NCBI RefSeq assembly: GCF_018977255.1
Contig: NW_024704742.1
Coordinates: forward strand, 104,348,001 to 104,412,000
DNA length: 64,000 bases
From: Callorhinchus milii
Taxonomy: Eukaryota
Direction of reading: 5' to 3'
This document shows, piece by piece, positions 1 to 10,790 of the stretch. Within the stretch, counting starts at the first letter, position 1; each line of letters starts with the position of its first letter. A program made the position numbers and the translations under genes. The notes under the pieces are model-generated. The model did no database searches. It was not told the origin of the DNA and worked only from the letters and a program-made list of their open reading frames with translations.

Positions 1-143
1 GTGTACAGGATGCGTCCCTCAAGGGAGAGAATGCACATTCCATTCCAAACATGGGAATTTCCATATGTAGGTGGGGTGCATGGAACTTTCAGTCTGGTTG
101 GATACCCCCAAGCATTTGATGGGTTTCTGCATGTGTCAGATAC
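1..143. repeat. Unclassified interspersed repeat (family X), cut by window edge and abutting an L2 tail
   Basis: Clear similarity to 62965-63118 (caggatgcgtccct, catgggaatttccatatgtaggtgggg, tgtcaga); its end matches the right arm of the palindrome at 8269-8397. Confidence 0.75.
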
Positions 144-274
144 AACAACAACAACAACAACAAGATTCCATTTATAAAGCGCCTTTCACGTCAGGAGGAG
201 GTCCCAAGGCGCTGCACAGTTGGGTCATGACCCGAGCAGGGGGGAAATGGTCAGGGTGAGGGGAGGGGGGGGGG

Positions 275-320
<46 letters not shown>

Positions 321-425
321 GAGGCACGGTCAAGGAAGGTTTGAGGGCTTGAGGGGAGGAGGAAGCGGTGAGGCACTGGGATGGAGTCGACTCGGGTGAG
401 GCTGAAGCCGACTGATGGGCGGTTG
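143..425 (-). mobile_element. L2 LINE 3' end fragment with (TTG)n tail
   Basis: (CAA)n at 143-163 followed by the reverse complement of the L2 terminal stem-loop; same subfamily as 27826-28355; interrupted by poly-G. Confidence 0.85.
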
Positions 426-456
426 GGGGGGGGGGGAGGGGGAGGAAGGGGGGGGA

Positions 457-495
<39 letters not shown>

Positions 496-565
496 GGAGG
501 GGGGGGGGGGGGGGGGGGGGGGAGGGGGGGGGGGGGGGGGAGGGGGGGGGGGGGGGGGGGGGGGG
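262..565. repeat. Poly-G / G-rich low-complexity tracts
   Basis: Long G runs with sparse A at about 262-319 and 425-565. Confidence 0.9.
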
Positions 566-1624
566 GAGAGAAGTCAGCTTGAGTGACAAAAAAAGGAAAA
601 AAAAAAATCACTTTGGTGACATTGGCAAACTCTTATGGCTTTATTTCCGTTTTCCGATTTGAAATCTTTTAGCAAGAATGCAAGCAATACCATCTCTAGC
701 ACTGATCTCTGAGGCACTTCATTCCATGCTGATGCTGCTCCATAACTATATCACCAACTCTTTCTCTCTCCCTCCTCCCCCGCTCCCCCCAAATTTTGTA
801 CCTTCTGACCTTGTGGACCAATGTGCGTTGTGGCATAGTGTGAAAAGCTCAGCTAAAATCAAAGATACAATGGCTGTTAACTTTTGCTTGTTCATTAGAC
901 CAATGTGTCTTTGAAACATTCTGGGATTCGCTAGGTAAAAGCTATTTCCCTTAATATGGTGGGAAAGGTGTTTTACCTAGCAAATGTCACATTTACTGGA
1001 AACGTTCAATCATCACATCCCAAACCTTTCCCTTTTTTCTTTGTCAATGTGCACACATTACAACAACAAATTACATTTGTATAGTGCCTTTTACATTGGG
1101 AGGACGTCCTAAGACGCTGGACGTCACAATGCACTGAACATTACTGTTTTCGGTTTCAGTCTTTATTTTGTGCTCATCTACATTAAAATCTGTCTGCTAT
1201 CCTTTAACTCAGTATTGGCCAGTCTGTTTAGTTGGTCAACCAAATCAATTTTAACTTTATTGAATCTTTCGTCATTCATAGCTGTGAACAATCACACCAG
1301 TCCAGGCAACTCCACAATAAATCATTACCTTGTGTCCCCACCAGCTATTGACCAAGTTAATCATGGCACTGCCATAAATTAAGAAAAATTCAATAAATAA
1401 CAATGTAGTTGGTTGGTCAACCCATCAGCAGTTCATAATTCTAAATGTTTACCTTGCTTACAATTGTCATATATATTTGGCATTAGTATTTAATTCAGCT
1501 CACTCAATTCACTACAAATTCCTGTGAGCCTTTACCTTCTATAGTCTTACATATGAGAGTTTATCAAATGACTTCTGAAATTAATGAATATTCATGCATG
1601 TGATTTAATGCCATTGATGTTAGG

Positions 1625-1958
1625 ACGAATGTGGCAGCCAATTTGCAAACAACAATGCCCACAAAGAGCAAAGAAGTGAATGACCAATTTTATCTGGGGA
1701 TTGTTGGCCTGAACACCAAGAGAAACTATCTTCTCTTTCTGAATAGAGCCATCAAATTGTTTAAATCTCCCTGAATAGGTAGACAGGACCTTAGTTTAAT
1801 GTCTCAAATGAAGGACAACACTTCTGACAATGCCGTGATTCCTGGCATTACATTGGAGTGTCAGCCAAAATGATGAGCTCAAAGTCCCAATGTGGGACTT
1901 GAACCCAAAACCTTTTGACTCAGAGGCGAGAGTGCTACCAACTAAATCAGGCTGACAC
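1625..1958 (-). mobile_element. Deu-domain tRNA-headed SINE (SacSINE1-like)
   Basis: Reverse strand gives a tRNA-like head (ttagttggtagcactctcgcctctgagtca...gggttcaagtcccaca) followed by a central domain shared with 35469, 35985, 47786 and 60961 copies. Confidence 0.75.
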
Positions 1959-2145
1959 GTGGCAGCCATCTAAGTTATATCTATTGAGTAGCCCTCACAT
2001 GATACCTTCTCAAATAATGCTGACTGATTAGTCTGACATAACTAAATCGATTTTGAGTATACCTTATGGACTTTGCCCTTTTTAGAAAGGCACTGATTAG
2101 CAACCTAAATGCTGTATGCTCTTATTTCGCCCAGTAGTAATGCAC

Positions 2146-3115
2146 CCATATGCTCCCTCTGGGCGATGTCATCCACAGACATGGGGTAAACTTCCACATA
2201 TATGCGGATGACACTCAAATTTACTTTGCCTCCTCCAGTACCAACTCCAAGTCCACTGATGTTCTATCAGTTTGTCTGGCAGACATCAGGGCCTGGATGA
2301 GTGCAAACTTCCTGCAGCTGAATGTGGACAAAACGGAGGCCATACTCCTTGGCTCCTGTCAATGTCTTTGCTCTTGTGGATCTGAAGTTCTCAACCTCCC
2401 TGGGCTCTCCCTCACACTCACCAAACCAGTAAACAATCTAGGTATCCAGTTCGATCCCCAGCTGTCCTCCCTCCCCCACATCAGTCCCTGACCACCTCCA
2501 CCACATTGCCTGCCTCCAACCGTACCTTACCCCATATGCAGCCAAAATCCTTGAGCATGTGTTTGTCACCTCCAGCCTGGATTATTCAAACACACTCCTT
2601 GCCAGTCTCCCCAGCTTCACTATTCAAAAGATCCAGTTCATTCAGAACTCTGCCGCCCTATACTGACCCGGACCAAACTCCGTAACCACATCTCACCAGT
2701 CTCCACTGGTTCCCTATCACCGAACGGATCGACTTCAAGTTCCTCACACCTGTGTTCAAATCGCTTGACTCCTTGGCACCTCCCTACCTCTACGACCTCC
2801 TCACTCCCCAATCCACCACCCGGAGCCTCTGCTCAACTGGCACTGGCCTCCTGCTCGTCCCTCGCACCCTCCGCCTCACCATTGGAGGTCGCGCTTTCAG
2901 CCACTATGCCCCAAAACTCTGGAACACTTTCCCTCAATCTCTCCGCCTTGACTCCTCTCTCCCCTTTTTCAACTCCTGCCTGAAAACCTTCCTCTTCAAC
3001 CATACTTACGGGTACCTCCCCTCCCCCAGCTCGGAGTCAAGCTCTGCCACTGTTAAGCACAGTGAGACACTACCCTGTGTGGAGGGCGCTATATAAGTGC
3101 AAGTTGTTGTTGTTG
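2146..3115 (+). mobile_element. L2 LINE, 5'-truncated, decayed RT C-terminal half
   Basis: ORF 2150-2491 has LPLGDVIHRHGVNFHIYADDTQIY; downstream TIGGRAFSHYAPKLWN..LKTFLF; ends in a gttgttgttgttg tail. Confidence 0.92.
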
Positions 3116-3312
3116 AAGTGATGTTAGGTTAATTGGTCGATAATTTTCAGCTTCATAAGTTGCTTACTTTTATTTTTGAAATATTGTACCATTTGCTACC
3201 ATTAGTCCTTAGGTAGAAGCCTTGTTTCTGAAACTCTTTCTCCCAAGCATAGATTGAGACATCAACAGGGATGAAATTTCCAAAAATGTGAATATGACGG
3301 CAGAGCTAAATC

Positions 3313-3386
3313 ATCAAATTTGACCACTCTTTTGCTCCATTATACAATGAAAAATATAATGGAGCAAAAGAGTGGTCAAATTTGAT
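3313..3386. repeat. Perfect inverted repeat, 32-bp arms with 10-nt spacer
   Basis: atcaaatttgaccactcttttgctccattata (3313-3344) is the exact reverse complement of 3355-3386. Confidence 0.97.
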
Positions 3387-3544
3387 TTAAAAAATCCACT
3401 TCCACTGTCCCGACAACGACATCTGCTCAACAAGTTGTGGCTCAGCTAAACACCAATGCTGTACAACAGGAAACCGTTTGAAATTTGTAATGCTTGGTCA
3501 AGGAAGTATCACAGGCCCATGAAGGAAGGAGGGGTACGGGAAGC

Positions 3545-3890
3545 ATAATAATAATAATCCTTGCATTTGATATAGTTCCTTATCACGTCATTGAGGTGTC
3601 TCAAAGTGCTTCACAGAATATACTGTAAAGTGAATTGATTGTGTAATTTGTGGGCAAACCGTGGCAGCGAATTGCACACAGCAGTATCCCACAAACAGTC
3701 GTGGATTGAGTAACATTTTTTTGAGGGATTATTACCCCTGGAAAGCGATCCGCCAATTGACTAACAACTTGGTTCCTCCTTATCGCTAGATAAACAGAAG
3801 TGTGAGGAGTAAGGAACTTGCCTAAGGTCTCACCTCGCACAGGATTCGAGCTCAGGTCCTCTCCCTTGTGAGGCAAGTGTGGGACTCCAC
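3545..3890 (-). mobile_element. tRNA-Ala-derived SINE, long subfamily
   Basis: (TAA)n tail at 3545; body homologous to the 31214, 37640 and 40353 copies; head partly deleted. Confidence 0.85.
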
Positions 3891-4390
3891 ACAGATAGCG
3901 TTGTATAAGTGTAAGAAAACATTTTGCAATTATATGTAGAATGAATGTCTTGAAACGCTTCACAGAGACGACAGGGAGACAGGGAGAGGGCAAGACAATT
4001 TAAAAGGTGTTGACTGAACCAGAGTATTTTTTAAAAAAAAATATTTCACTGAGAGGAATAAATTGAATGGATTTTGGAAGAGATTTTGAGAAGCCATTCC
4101 CAATAGAGCTTGTATAATCTAAATTAAGTAATGTAAGTGTGTGGTAGTAGTACAACAATGTGTAATTTGGTGCAAGATGCACCATGCTGATCCCAAATCT
4201 GTTGTTTTCTTAAAAAAAATGTTTATATGTAAAAACAGGCAAATAGAAAGCAGAAGGTAAATAGCAAATTGAAGGTAAAAGGTTGATGATGCTGAAGACG
4301 TGGATCCAACAACATGGAGAAAAGATGACAAGGACAACACATACCTCTTTGAAACTCCTTTAATCGATCGTTTGATGAAGAATATTAATG

Positions 4391-4722
4391 GTGGAGTCCT
4401 GTAGCTCAGTGGTTAGAGCACTCGCTTTGCAAGTGAGAGACCTGAGTTCAATTCCAGGCAGAGGGCGAAACCTTGGGCAAGTTTCCTTACTCCACACAGA
4501 GCCTAATAATAATCCCTCCATAAAAAAAACAATAATAAATTGGTCATTTTCAATCTACGACTGTTTGTGGGACATTGCTGTGCGCAATTGGCTGCCGCGT
4601 TCGCCCACAAATATACAGTCAATTCACTTTACAGTGTGTTCTGTGAAGCGCTTTGGGACGTCCTCCCGACGTGAAAAGCGCTGTATCAAATGCAAGGATT
4701 ATTATTATTATTATTATTATTA
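4391..4722 (+). mobile_element. tRNA-Ala-derived SINE, young short subfamily, full length
   Basis: A box tagctcagtgg, anticodon arm ctcgc-tt-TGC-aa-gtgag, B box gagttcaattcc, L2-like terminal stem-loop, (TTA)n tail; about 9 differences from the 57240 copy by eye. Confidence 0.95.
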
Positions 4723-5198
4723 GTGATCTGGTACCTCAACGCTAAATGGGTTCTGTGAGCAAACGCGAACCTTTAACACGTAACGGTCGCGGATGTGTGA
4801 AGGAGGACTGTGGCTGCAATATTTTTTTCTGACGTGCAGTGGTTTTGCAATGAATGTGCACCGGCGGTTTTGTCCAGACAGAGCCCTCCGTCACCGCTGT
4901 CTGTACACACAGTAATTGTACACGAAACTGCACCATTCGCTGCACCGCAGGACCTGAGCAAATCCGACGGAGATTCCCCATCAAAAATGGACATCGCAAA
5001 CCGTCGACTGAAACGGACGAGAACCGAACTGCGAGTCGCCCGGTCTCTGCCCTGAGGTTACGGTCGCGGCTGCAACAGGGAATAGGGATCCTTTGAGATG
5101 TAACCAAACGCCTCCCGCGGGGGTCGGGAAGGACTGTCAGACTGAACGCGCATTAAATAATGCAGCGAAGGACAACCCGAACTGACTATTTATTTATG

Positions 5199-6005
5199 TG
5201 GGGGGGGGGGGGGGGGGATGGTGGGGTGTGGGGTGGGGTAGGGGGGTGTGGGTAGGGTGGGGTGTGGGGGGGGGTGTGGGTAGGGTGGGGTGGGGTGTGG
5301 GTGGGGGCGTCCTTACACCCCACGATCTTCACCCCCACTGTCGCTCTTTATTCAAACGGGGGTCGGATTATTTGTGAAAGTAACTTTCCAGTGTCCCCTC
5401 CTCCCCCCCCCCCTCCCCCCCTCTCCTCCCTCCCCTCCCCCCTCCTCCTCCCCCACCTCCCCCCCCCCCCTCCCCCCCTCCTCCCTCCCCTCCCCCTCCT
5501 CCCCCCCCCTCCTCCTCCCCCACCTCCCCCCTCCTCCATCCCCCTCCCCCTTCCTCCCCCTCCCCCCTCCTCCTCCCTCCCCCTCCTCCATCCCCCTCCC
5601 CCCTCCTCCTCCCTCCCCCTCCCCCGTCCTCCCTTCCCCCCCTCCATCCCCCCTCCCCCCTCCTCCATCCCCCTCCCTCCCCCCTCCTCCTCCCCACTCC
5701 CCCCCCCCCCCTCCCCGGTGGGTAATGTCACAGTAGCTTCCCGTGGCTGTGAAGGGTGACTGAGTGCCTCTGGACGCCCCGATGATGATCTGTTCTGCAC
5801 AGTCTCTCCAAGGTCAGTTGTCCGTCGGAGACGGTGGGGAACAGAGACCCAGCGACACACACACACACACACACAGGGCGAGGGCACAGCTGGGGGGGGG
5901 GGGGGGGGTGTGGGGGCGGGGAGTGTGGGGGGGGGCGGGGAGGGAGTGGGGGGGCGGGGAGTGGGGGGGGGGGAGGGAGTGGGGGGTGGGGGGGTGGGGG
6001 GGGGG
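5199..6005. repeat. G-rich and C-rich low-complexity tracts (potential G-quadruplex / triplex DNA) plus a (CA)n repeat
   Basis: (GGGGT)-type repeats 5199-5308, C/T-only tract about 5395-5715, (CA)n about 5855-5874, G-rich tract 5891-6005. Confidence 0.85.
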
Positions 6006-6552
6006 TGCACTGGGTTCAAATGACACTGGAGCGGCGCAGTCCGCAATCCCCACCAGTTTATTGTGGGAGTCTTTATGGCTGTGTATTTATTGCGTGTGAA
6101 CGGATTCCGAAGGGTTTCAGTCTGTCTCGGATTTGCCAAACACACATTTACCACAAACGTCTGCAACTTCATCATTCATACCTCCAGCAAATCCCCCCTC
6201 ACCCCCCACACCGCCACCGATACTATTTCTGTCTTCCGGATGAATCAAGGCGGCTCCTCGGCCCGTTTATAGGCAAAACATATCCGAGAGCTAATAAGAT
6301 GGTAACCGAGGAAGGCAGTGCTTCCAATTCACGTTAATATTAAAATCACCACTGACTTTTTCCCCCTTTTCTCTCTCTGAACATTTCACTACAAACAAAA
6401 AAGGTTGGAACATTCAATGCACCAGAGCAAGGAGAGCGTTGCTGTGCTATGTGCTTATATATATTATATATATTATATATATAGTTGTGTGTGTGCTTCA
6501 CACTGGGGGAGTTTTGCTCCATTGCCTTATATAAGATGTCAGGCTGAGGCTC

Positions 6553-6868
6553 CAGCACTGAGTCAGTGCAGCACTGAGTCAACGCTGCACTTTCCAGGCA
6601 CAACCTACCTTGCTGGCGCCTGGCGCCGGGTGACGGCACAATCCAAAATAGTCCCCTCTGACGTCAGCGGGCCAATGGGAGGCCGGCAGTGGACAGCGGG
6701 GGGCGGGGCTCCAGAAGCAGGTTAGGTTGAGCGGCGGGTTCTGGGTTCCTTGTGGCCCTATTGGCCGCCTCCTCAGCCACACGGCCCGCCCAGCCCGGTC
6801 CGGCCCGCCCAGCCCAGTCCGGCCCGCCCAGCCCAGCCCGAGCAGGGGCACGGGGAGCGGGTTATTAA
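6553..6868 (+). promoter_or_regulatory. Pol II proximal promoter: AP-1 x2, CRE, CCAAT x2, GC boxes, TATA-like
   Basis: TGAGTCA at 6559 and 6575 inside a cagcactgagtca direct repeat; TGACGTCA 6659-6666; CCAAT 6672; GGGCGG 6701; ATTGG 6760; three CCGCCC in a tandem repeat at 6782-6840; TTATTAA 6862. Confidence 0.75.
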
Positions 6869-6889
6869 TGCAGAGTAAGCAGTCTGGCT

Positions 6890-7210
6890 TTGCTGCACAA
6901 GCATCGCCGCCACCACTGAGCAGCTGGACCTGTGCCAGCAGCCCAGAATTAGCTCATTGTTCAGTCCACTCCAACTACGGACAGTGGGGTAGACACCAAG
7001 ACAGCTTGTGGGTGTGTGTGTGTGTGGAGGGGGCAGAAGGCTGTCCACAGAGCTTTGGCTGCGCTTCATTTTTTTGTGGAGTGCAGTAGTTTTTTTTTTG
7101 CAAAACACACTGGTTATTTTTAAAAAAAAAAAAATTTGCTCCCCATTTTGGGAGCCGGTTGCAAAATCTGTATGTAGGTGGAAGGTGGAGCGGAGCAGAG
7201 GGCTTTGTCT
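6890..7210 (+). other. Putative first (non-coding) exon of an unidentified gene
   Basis: Lies downstream of the promoter motifs; ends at donor tct|GTAAGT (GT at 7211). Start inferred about 25 nt after the TATA-like motif. Confidence 0.55.
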
Positions 7211-7671
7211 GTAAGTACTGTGTTGTACCGCCGAGACGTTCATTCTGCAGCTCAGGCTTTTCGATTTGTGAATCAGAAGGTTTTATTTGCAGTCAGTGAG
7301 CAGTCGCTGGTGTGGTTGCCGGAGCTGACCGCCAGACAAGCACTCTTTTGTTCTTTCAGCGTTGCAGATTTCCTCGTAACCTTATACGACTTCGTTTTTT
7401 GCAGATTTTCCGAGCCTTTTTGCAGGTTTCGGGGTTTTTTTTTAAAAAAAAGTGCCTTTTAATATCCGAGGGTTTGTTCGGTTTGCAAAACCCGTCTGCA
7501 TTGCATTACACGTCTTAACATCGCGGCAAACGATTCTCGAATTGCCCGGTGATAGCGTTAAATTCAAGAAGTTAACACTGTGCCTGGAATGGTAATTGTC
7601 ACGTACGCTTCAGATGATTATAAATGAGAATGATGCATCCTCTTTGTCTCTTGTAGTTTGTTCCCCTTTAG

Positions 7672-7727
7672 GAACTGAGATGACCTGCCTGTAGTCCCAC
7701 CTCTGCTTGAGAACCATGCATATAAGG
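7672..7727 (+). other. Putative 5'-UTR exon 2 (alternative acceptor at 7657)
   Basis: Pyrimidine tract tcctctttgtctcttgtAG|tttgttcccctttAG|; donor agg|GTAAGA at 7728. Confidence 0.55.
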
Positions 7728-8268
7728 GTAAGAATTGATTGTGACTCAATGAATGTTAGTTATGATTCAGTGAGTTCGTGGTTAATAAATCACCGAATTT
7801 GCCAGGATGGTTTTTTTAAAAAAATGCACAATTTAGGGCAATGTCATAAATGTTTTGCTCATGTAAAAAAAACATGTATTTCCTTCCACCAAATGCTGTA
7901 TATATTTTAATAGATTGGTACAGCATTATCTGAAAAATGCAGACTGAATTTACATGAAACAGTTGTTGCTGTAAAATATCCAGTAAAAATGTATTTTTAT
8001 CCCGAGAAAGCAAAATAGCCACTCATTCTCTTCATTGCTAATGATATAATAATTCTTGCATTTTGAGAATCTACGAGGATGCAGTTTGAATAAATCAAAA
8101 TATGTCATCGTATCTTTTTAAACAAAAGAACATATTTAATTGATTCCCAGTAACTTGATGTTCCTGTACTTAGTAAAATATTATGCTTTTTGAAACTTTA
8201 GAACCCAAGTGTTCTGCGCTTTTCCTGTGCAGTATTCAGTAGAAGTTTTAGGAGCATCAAAATCATTT

Positions 8269-8397
8269 TTTTTTGGTGAGCCTGGTGTCTGATACATGAG
8301 GTACCCATCACTATACTTAGGAGTATCCAAATCAAAGGATACTCTTAGGTAAGTTGATGGGTTTCCACATGTGTCAGACACTCAGCTGACCAAAAAA
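8269..8397. mobile_element. Foldback / MITE-like palindrome made of two family X termini
   Basis: About 60-bp imperfect arms (ttttttggtgagcctggtgtctgatacatg...gagtatcc / ggatactc...catgtgtcagacactcagctgaccaaaaaa) around an 8-nt loop at 8329-8336. Confidence 0.75.
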
Positions 8398-9239
8398 GCA
8401 TTAGATTTTGAATTGTAATAATTCATGAAAATCAATAGAAAACAATATTATATGGAAAATGCTATAAATGTATATGGAAAAATATTGTTAATATATATGA
8501 AAAACTTGGGTGCTATAAGATAGAAAAGCTCGTACTATCTTTAGATCAATTATTATCTAAGAGTAGTAGTTTTCATTTAAACTTTCTAGTTAATTGTGAA
8601 TATAAATTCAATCTAGCATTATGATTAATTAAATAAAAGGAAATCCCTTACATATATATTCCATTACAATAAAGACTTTAACTTGTCTGACATCCTCACA
8701 CCAATTCTGCTGTTGACATATATGCTTTTGTTTGTTGTGCATTACTAACCAAGAAAAAAATATATTTATTACTTTATAATTAGAAAATTTAGTTGTTAAC
8801 ATGTGCAGTTTACATTTTGTGGGTCGAAACACTTTGTTGCCAGGAACGAATTATGCATTACTACTCCATGTGTGAACAGAAGATATGATCTTAAAGGTAC
8901 ATTACCACTTTGGAAATAATCCTTACTGATTGATAAATGAGTCTATGCAATAGACACTCTCATTTTGGCACTTGCTCTGGCCTGCATTTACTGTGCCAAA
9001 AACATGTGACTTCTTTGTAGGACTTGAGGTTGCTGTGGGAATTGATGCCAACTTTGCCTCTGGTAGTGATGAGTTGAATTCACTGCAGTCGACTGTATGT
9101 ACAGAATTTGCTAATGTGCAGCCTGGTGCTCAATATTAGTGACATTGACAAAGCAAGGGTAGTTTTTTTTGGAAAGGGGCACTGCAACTTTAAATACAGC
9201 TGAAGTTTGGAAATTATAATCTCATTTATAAAGGAATAG

Positions 9240-9520
9240 AGCAACAGCAGTGTGCACTTCTATAGTGTCTTTCATGCTGGATGAGAGGCTCAAAGCACTT
9301 CACAGTATCAATGGGGAGAACAGTGTAGGCAAGCAGGGGAGTTTGAGGGTGGTGATCAACATCACAATTAAAAGACGCATCGTTAAGATAAGTTTGAAGG
9401 CAGGCAGGAAAGGTGCAAGGTGAACGGCTTTTGTGAGAGAATTCCGGAGAACAGGACATAATGGCTGAATACTCGACCACTGCTGTTGGGACAGAGGGAG
9501 TGAGATATGAGCAGTAGATC
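9240..9520 (-). mobile_element. Old L2 3' fragment
   Basis: Degenerate terminal stem-loop; minus-strand translation remnants GRVFSHYV and LQTYL. Confidence 0.65.
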
Positions 9521-10190
9521 AAGAAACCTTTGAGCAGTTATGTGAAAAAAAAAGCCATTAAAAAAGATTGTTTTAAAATAAATTGTGCAACAAGATATTG
9601 GTCTCCCAAACAGGTTCACCATCCCAACCATGAGTCCAACGCTTGGCATTGAAACATGATGAGTTTGCACCAATTGCCCAGACTGTACATTGGGTGCTGT
9701 GGTATTGGGAATCAGGCTATTAGAGTACATGTCATGTTTCAGCAGCTAAACTCTAGACATGCAGCAAAGTTAGTCACACAGATTGGAAACTGTCTGACTC
9801 CTAGTATCTTTTTCTCTTCAAAATATTTTAACTTGTGAAATGTTTATTTAAGTTCAGATGAATACTTAAAATACTACCATTGTTGGTCCTTATCCTATAG
9901 TATTTTAAAAAAACGACCTTAACACTGAACCTTCAGAATTTTGCATACGTAAATGTTGCAAAAAGACTGCATCCGGAATAGCTGACACATATTGATTTTT
10001 TAAGTGGTCTTTCTTCCACAGCTAAAAGTATCTCCTCTCACAGGTTATTGAGAAAATGAATGTTGCTATCTGGTTTCTCCAGCAATTTCTGAGAACCTCA
10101 GGTTCTGGGTACAAGCCAATATATGGAAGTATGTAGTGTATGCTTTGTCAGAGCATTGCAGAATTTTTGCATCATTCTGATTTGACCTAT

Positions 10191-10790
10191 TAACAACAAC
10201 ATAAAAATTACATTTGTTTAGTATCTTTCACATCGGGAGGACGTCCCAAGGCACTGGAGAGTCAGTGTTTCGGACCCGAGCTGGGGGTCGGGATTGGGGA
10301 GGGTGGAAGGCATGGGGGGGAAGCAGGGTGATCGAAAGTACGGTCGAAGAGGAGGGTCTTGAGATAGGTCTTGAAGGAGACAAGGGAGGGGGCGAAGCGG
10401 AGGGACTGCGGGATGGAGTTCCAGGGGGTGGGGGCAGAGTGGCAGAAAGCCCGCCGCCAAAGGTGGGGCGGGCGAGGCAGGGTATGTAAACCAGGCCGGG
10501 CGGAGCCCGTTGAACGAGCAGGATGGTAGGGGGTGGTGAGTTCGCAGTGGTAGGGGGGAGCAAGGCCATGGAGGGCTTTGAAAATGAGGATCAGGATCTT
10601 GAACTGTACCCTCTTTGTGATGGGAAGCCAGTGGAGTCGGGCGAGGATGGGGCTGATAGGGTCACGGAGCCTGGTGTGGGAGCGGGCACGGGCTGCAGAG
10701 TTCTGGATGATCTACAGCCTATGGAGGGAGGTGTTGAGGAGGCTGACAAGCAAGGAGTTTGCATAGTGAAGCTTCGATGTTATGAATGCA
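10191..10790 (-). mobile_element. L2 LINE 3' fragment
   Basis: (CAA)n tail, stem-loop tttcacatcgggaggacgtcccaagg; homologous to 51203-52190 and 31690-32164. Confidence 0.92.

Larger units (their letters stand above)
4740..7560. promoter_or_regulatory. CpG-rich island around a putative transcription start
   Basis: CpG dinucleotides are abundant here but depleted in most of the window outside young repeats; free of LINE/SINE insertions. Confidence 0.75.

Noticed and set aside
251..662. Poly-Pro / poly-Gly ORFs (also 5262-6337)
   Set aside because: Translations of G/C homopolymer tracts, open in several frames on both strands; tract lengths may be sequencing artefacts.
4393..4470. tRNA-Ala gene
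   Set aside because: No proper acceptor stem; continues into a SINE body and tail present in many copies.
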